Source of the DNA: Planctomycetota bacterium
GTDB taxonomy: Bacteria; Planctomycetota; UBA8108; SXIK01
Assembly: GCA_965223265.1 (NCBI GenBank)
Contig: OZ244999.1
Location: 4,192,001 to 4,256,000 of the forward strand
DNA: 64,000 nt
Direction of reading: 5' to 3'
The position numbers and the translations under genes were made by a program. This document shows, piece by piece, positions 61,738 through 64,000 of this stretch. The stretch's first letter is position 1; each line of letters opens with the position of its first letter. The notes beneath the pieces were generated by a model, which saw nothing but the letters and a program-made list of their open reading frames with translations, ran no database searches and had not been told where the DNA came from.

Positions 61738-62095
61738 AGAAACCGCGGATAATCGGCGGTTTCTGAGCCGAGTCTCCGCCGTCCGTGAAACACGTGTTTC
61801 ATCGTAACGTGCGGGAGTTCCCCGAGACTCGAGCTTCAAATCCTCAACCTGGCCCGTTGATCTTCTCTCCGAATCCGAAGATCGTGCATTCGTGAATCGA
61901 AGCCGCCTTCAACGAAAAGGTATCGACTTCTCCCAGAAGGTGATCCCTCGATCCGTAACTCCGCGTATTTCGCGGAGAAAGCATCGCTCAGAAAGGCATC
62001 GACTTCTCGAAGCATGCGCGTCAAACCTTTCCCGAACTTGTAACCGCGCGAGATTCGCGGTGTAAGAGGTCTGTTGTGTTTTCGCGGCAGCGGAG
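61738..62095 (+). repeat. Island repeat copy E (best preserved; may extend left to about 61625)
   Basis: AGAAACCGC-N9-GCGGTTTCT, perfect palindrome TGAAACACGTGTTTCA (61786-61801), hairpin CTCCGCG-N5-CGCGGAG (61959-61977), twin AAGGYATCGACTTCTC boxes. Confidence 0.92.
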
Positions 62096-62339
62096 GTGAG
62101 CTGCTCGCGAACTCCTCGTTGAGGCACGAGGACGGTGGTGGCGACGCGGTATGTGGGTGGTGAACTCCAGCCCCCGTGGCCTGGCGACCACAGGTCAGTG
62201 CTCTTGTACGAGCCCAACACTGATGCCATAATTCTGTGTGGCGACAGCGGAACTATCGCGCCTCGCTGCGTGTCCTAAGCGAAGTCTGCAGCGCAGCTTG
62301 GGATGACGCAGGTAGAGTATAGCAACGCATCTAACCTGG

Positions 62340-63095
62340 GTGGCCAAAAGAGTGGTGGAGCCCCGAAAACTCGCGAATCCGCCGATCGTCGAAGCGCTGG
62401 TGGACTTTCAGGTCACCTTGCCCGATGGATTCGATCCGGAATCGCTGGCTCGTCTGGGGTCGGAGCTCTCCGAGTACCCGAACGCCGAACCAAGACGCCT
62501 CGTCGAGAGTTTCGTCAAGATCCAGAAGCACTCCGCGGAGTCGAGCACACGCCAGGGACTACACGGCTACTGGTTCAGGAGCAGCGACAAGTCTCGCTTG
62601 GTCCAGTGCCGTACTGACGGGTTCACGTTCAACCGTCTGCGACCCTACGACGATTGGGAGACGCTTAGTTCGGAAGCGTTTCGCGCGTGGGATCGCTATG
62701 TGTCCTTCGCACGACCACTCCGGGTAACGCGCGTGGCGTTGCGTTACATCAATCGGTTCAAGCTGAAGATCGAAGTGGGAGGGCCGGGGTTTGACGAGTT
62801 CCTGGAAGCGCCCCCACAAGTGCCGGAGGGGCTCAAGCCGGGAGAGATGAACCGTTATTTTTCTAGGCTGACTCTCGTCGAGCCGGGGTCGGACATCCGG
62901 TCGAACGTTTCTCAAGTCGTCGACCCTCCGACCGGGGGCACGTTGACCGTGACACTCGACATCGACGTGTACAAATCGGGGGAGTTTGGCGTTGCCCGGG
63001 ACGACTTGGCCGGTACGCTGGAAGCTCTGCGGAAGAAAAAGAACGAGATCTTCTTCGGCAGTCTGAAAGAACGAACGTTGGAAATGTTCGGATGA
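62340..63095 (+). CDS. TIGR04255 family protein
   Basis: L.NPPIVEALVDF, G..F.S.D..RLVQ...DGFTFN.L.PY..WE, V.RVALRYINR, LDIDV, L..LR..KNEIFF. Confidence 0.85.
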   Translation: MAKRVVEPRKLANPPIVEALVDFQVTLPDGFDPESLARLGSELSEYPNAEPRRLVESFVKIQKHSAESSTRQGLHGYWFRSSDKSRLVQCRTDGFTFNRLRPYDDWETLSSEAFRAWDRYVSFARPLRVTRVALRYINRFKLKIEVGGPGFDEFLEAPPQVPEGLKPGEMNRYFSRLTLVEPGSDIRSNVSQVVDPPTGGTLTVTLDIDVYKSGEFGVARDDLAGTLEALRKKKNEIFFGSLKERTLEMFG

Positions 63096-63586
63096 TCGAG
63101 TTCGCCATCGGACCAGCCCATCACGGAACTACGCCTCCGGCTGCGACCGCAGTCAGTGAGGAATCGCGAGCGGTTGAACATGATCTCGCTGAGTCGTTCG
63201 AAAGCCTCCTGAGAACCTCGACGTACGTCGAGCCGCGCGAACAGGTCTTCCGTGAACTGGAAGGTGTCGCGGAAGAGTGCGGCGTCGGCAACTGGGACGG
63301 TTACGACGCCCAGCCGGTGTCCGTCGGTGCGATTGGATGCGCGTGGAAACTCCTCGACCAACTAGTCGACGACTTTCCGAACCCCGAGGTCTCGGCGGAT
63401 CCGGACGGCGAAGTGTCACTCGATTGGCTCGACGGCGCTGAGCGTGGGCTTTCGATCAGCGTGAACGCGGAGGGGCGGCTTTCCTACGCGGGTTTCTTCG
63501 GCCGGAGCAAGGCGCACGGGGTGGAGTTTCTGCAGGATGAGATTCCTGAAGCGATTATGGAAGTTCTTCGTCGCTTCGCGCGGTGA
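63092..63586 (+). CDS. Conserved hypothetical protein (WDGY motif)
   Basis: NWDGYDA.PV...A...A..LL..L....P.PEV..DPDGEV.LDW; ATGA-coupled to TIGR04255. Confidence 0.75.
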   Translation: MIEFAIGPAHHGTTPPAATAVSEESRAVEHDLAESFESLLRTSTYVEPREQVFRELEGVAEECGVGNWDGYDAQPVSVGAIGCAWKLLDQLVDDFPNPEVSADPDGEVSLDWLDGAERGLSISVNAEGRLSYAGFFGRSKAHGVEFLQDEIPEAIMEVLRRFAR

Positions 63587-63998
63587 AGCGCGATGGAATG
63601 AGACCCCGGAACTGACCGCGACCGAGGTCCTGTCGCGATTCCTGACATCCGAAAGCAGCCACTTCAGTCGGACGAAGGGGATCGTCAAGAAGAACGCGTA
63701 CATGCCGGCTCGGGACGGTGAGACTTCGACCTTTCGGACAGAAGGACTGGCAGCGCCTCAGATCTGGGCGATCGGTGATGAGTTTGTCGCGGCGTCTCTC
63801 CGGAAACCGGTTCTTGGTCGTGGAGAGACGACAGTCGCGAACGTCACTGCGGTTGGGCTGAGCGTGAATCCCGACAACGACCCGCCGCGTCATGCGGGCA
63901 TTCGCGGGTGGCCCGAGGAAAAACACGAAAAGATGATGCTTGCCCAAGAACTCGCGAAGGTGGCGACTTTGCGATTGCGCGAGACCGAGGACTCCTGA
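63537..63998 (+). CDS. Hypothetical protein, possible RES/ADP-ribosyltransferase-like fold
   Basis: E.LSRF...AYMP....ETSTFR...GL.V.PD..PPRHA.I.GWP; start overlaps the upstream gene by 50 bp. Confidence 0.65.
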   Translation: MRFLKRLWKFFVASRGEARWNETPELTATEVLSRFLTSESSHFSRTKGIVKKNAYMPARDGETSTFRTEGLAAPQIWAIGDEFVAASLRKPVLGRGETTVANVTAVGLSVNPDNDPPRHAGIRGWPEEKHEKMMLAQELAKVATLRLRETEDS

Positions 63999-64000
63999 GC

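Noticed and set aside
61786-61801. Canonical parS site
   Set aside because: The arms are swapped relative to TGTTTCACGTGAAACA and no parAB genes are present.

Overview
GC-rich bacterial DNA with Planctomycetota-type gene content (three DUF1501 genes, two DUF1549/DUF1553 heme-motif genes, sulfatase, HEAT and WD40 proteins). Left part (1-42.4 kb): a truncated rve-type transposase; a WD40-DUF1549/1553-DUF1501-sulfatase cluster; Coq4-DUF962-patatin; a REP-associated tyrosine transposase (RAYT) with an 8-copy 59-bp tandem GTAG-REP array and dispersed REPs; tesA-ybbAP; a sigma54 activator with two inferred target promoters; an ACP-FGE fusion; a DUF4331-DUF4198-ECF sigma-ChrR-like locus; a frameshifted luciferase-like monooxygenase; and a divergent GTP-dependent PEPCK. 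Right part (42.6-64 kb): a defence/conflict-type island with TIR-NACHT-WD40, an orphan PD-(D/E)XK nuclease, an ABC-ATPase fused to a SAM-methyltransferase, an EACC1-like plus HExxH pair, a kinase plus TPR pair, two convergent receiver-like Shedu/DUF4263 paralogues and a TIGR04255 triad. The most unusual signal is a non-coding, palindrome-rich element of about 350-400 bp, present as five same-orientation full or partial copies that punctuate this island, three times bracketing exactly one gene. All family calls come from motif reading by eye; no database searches were run.
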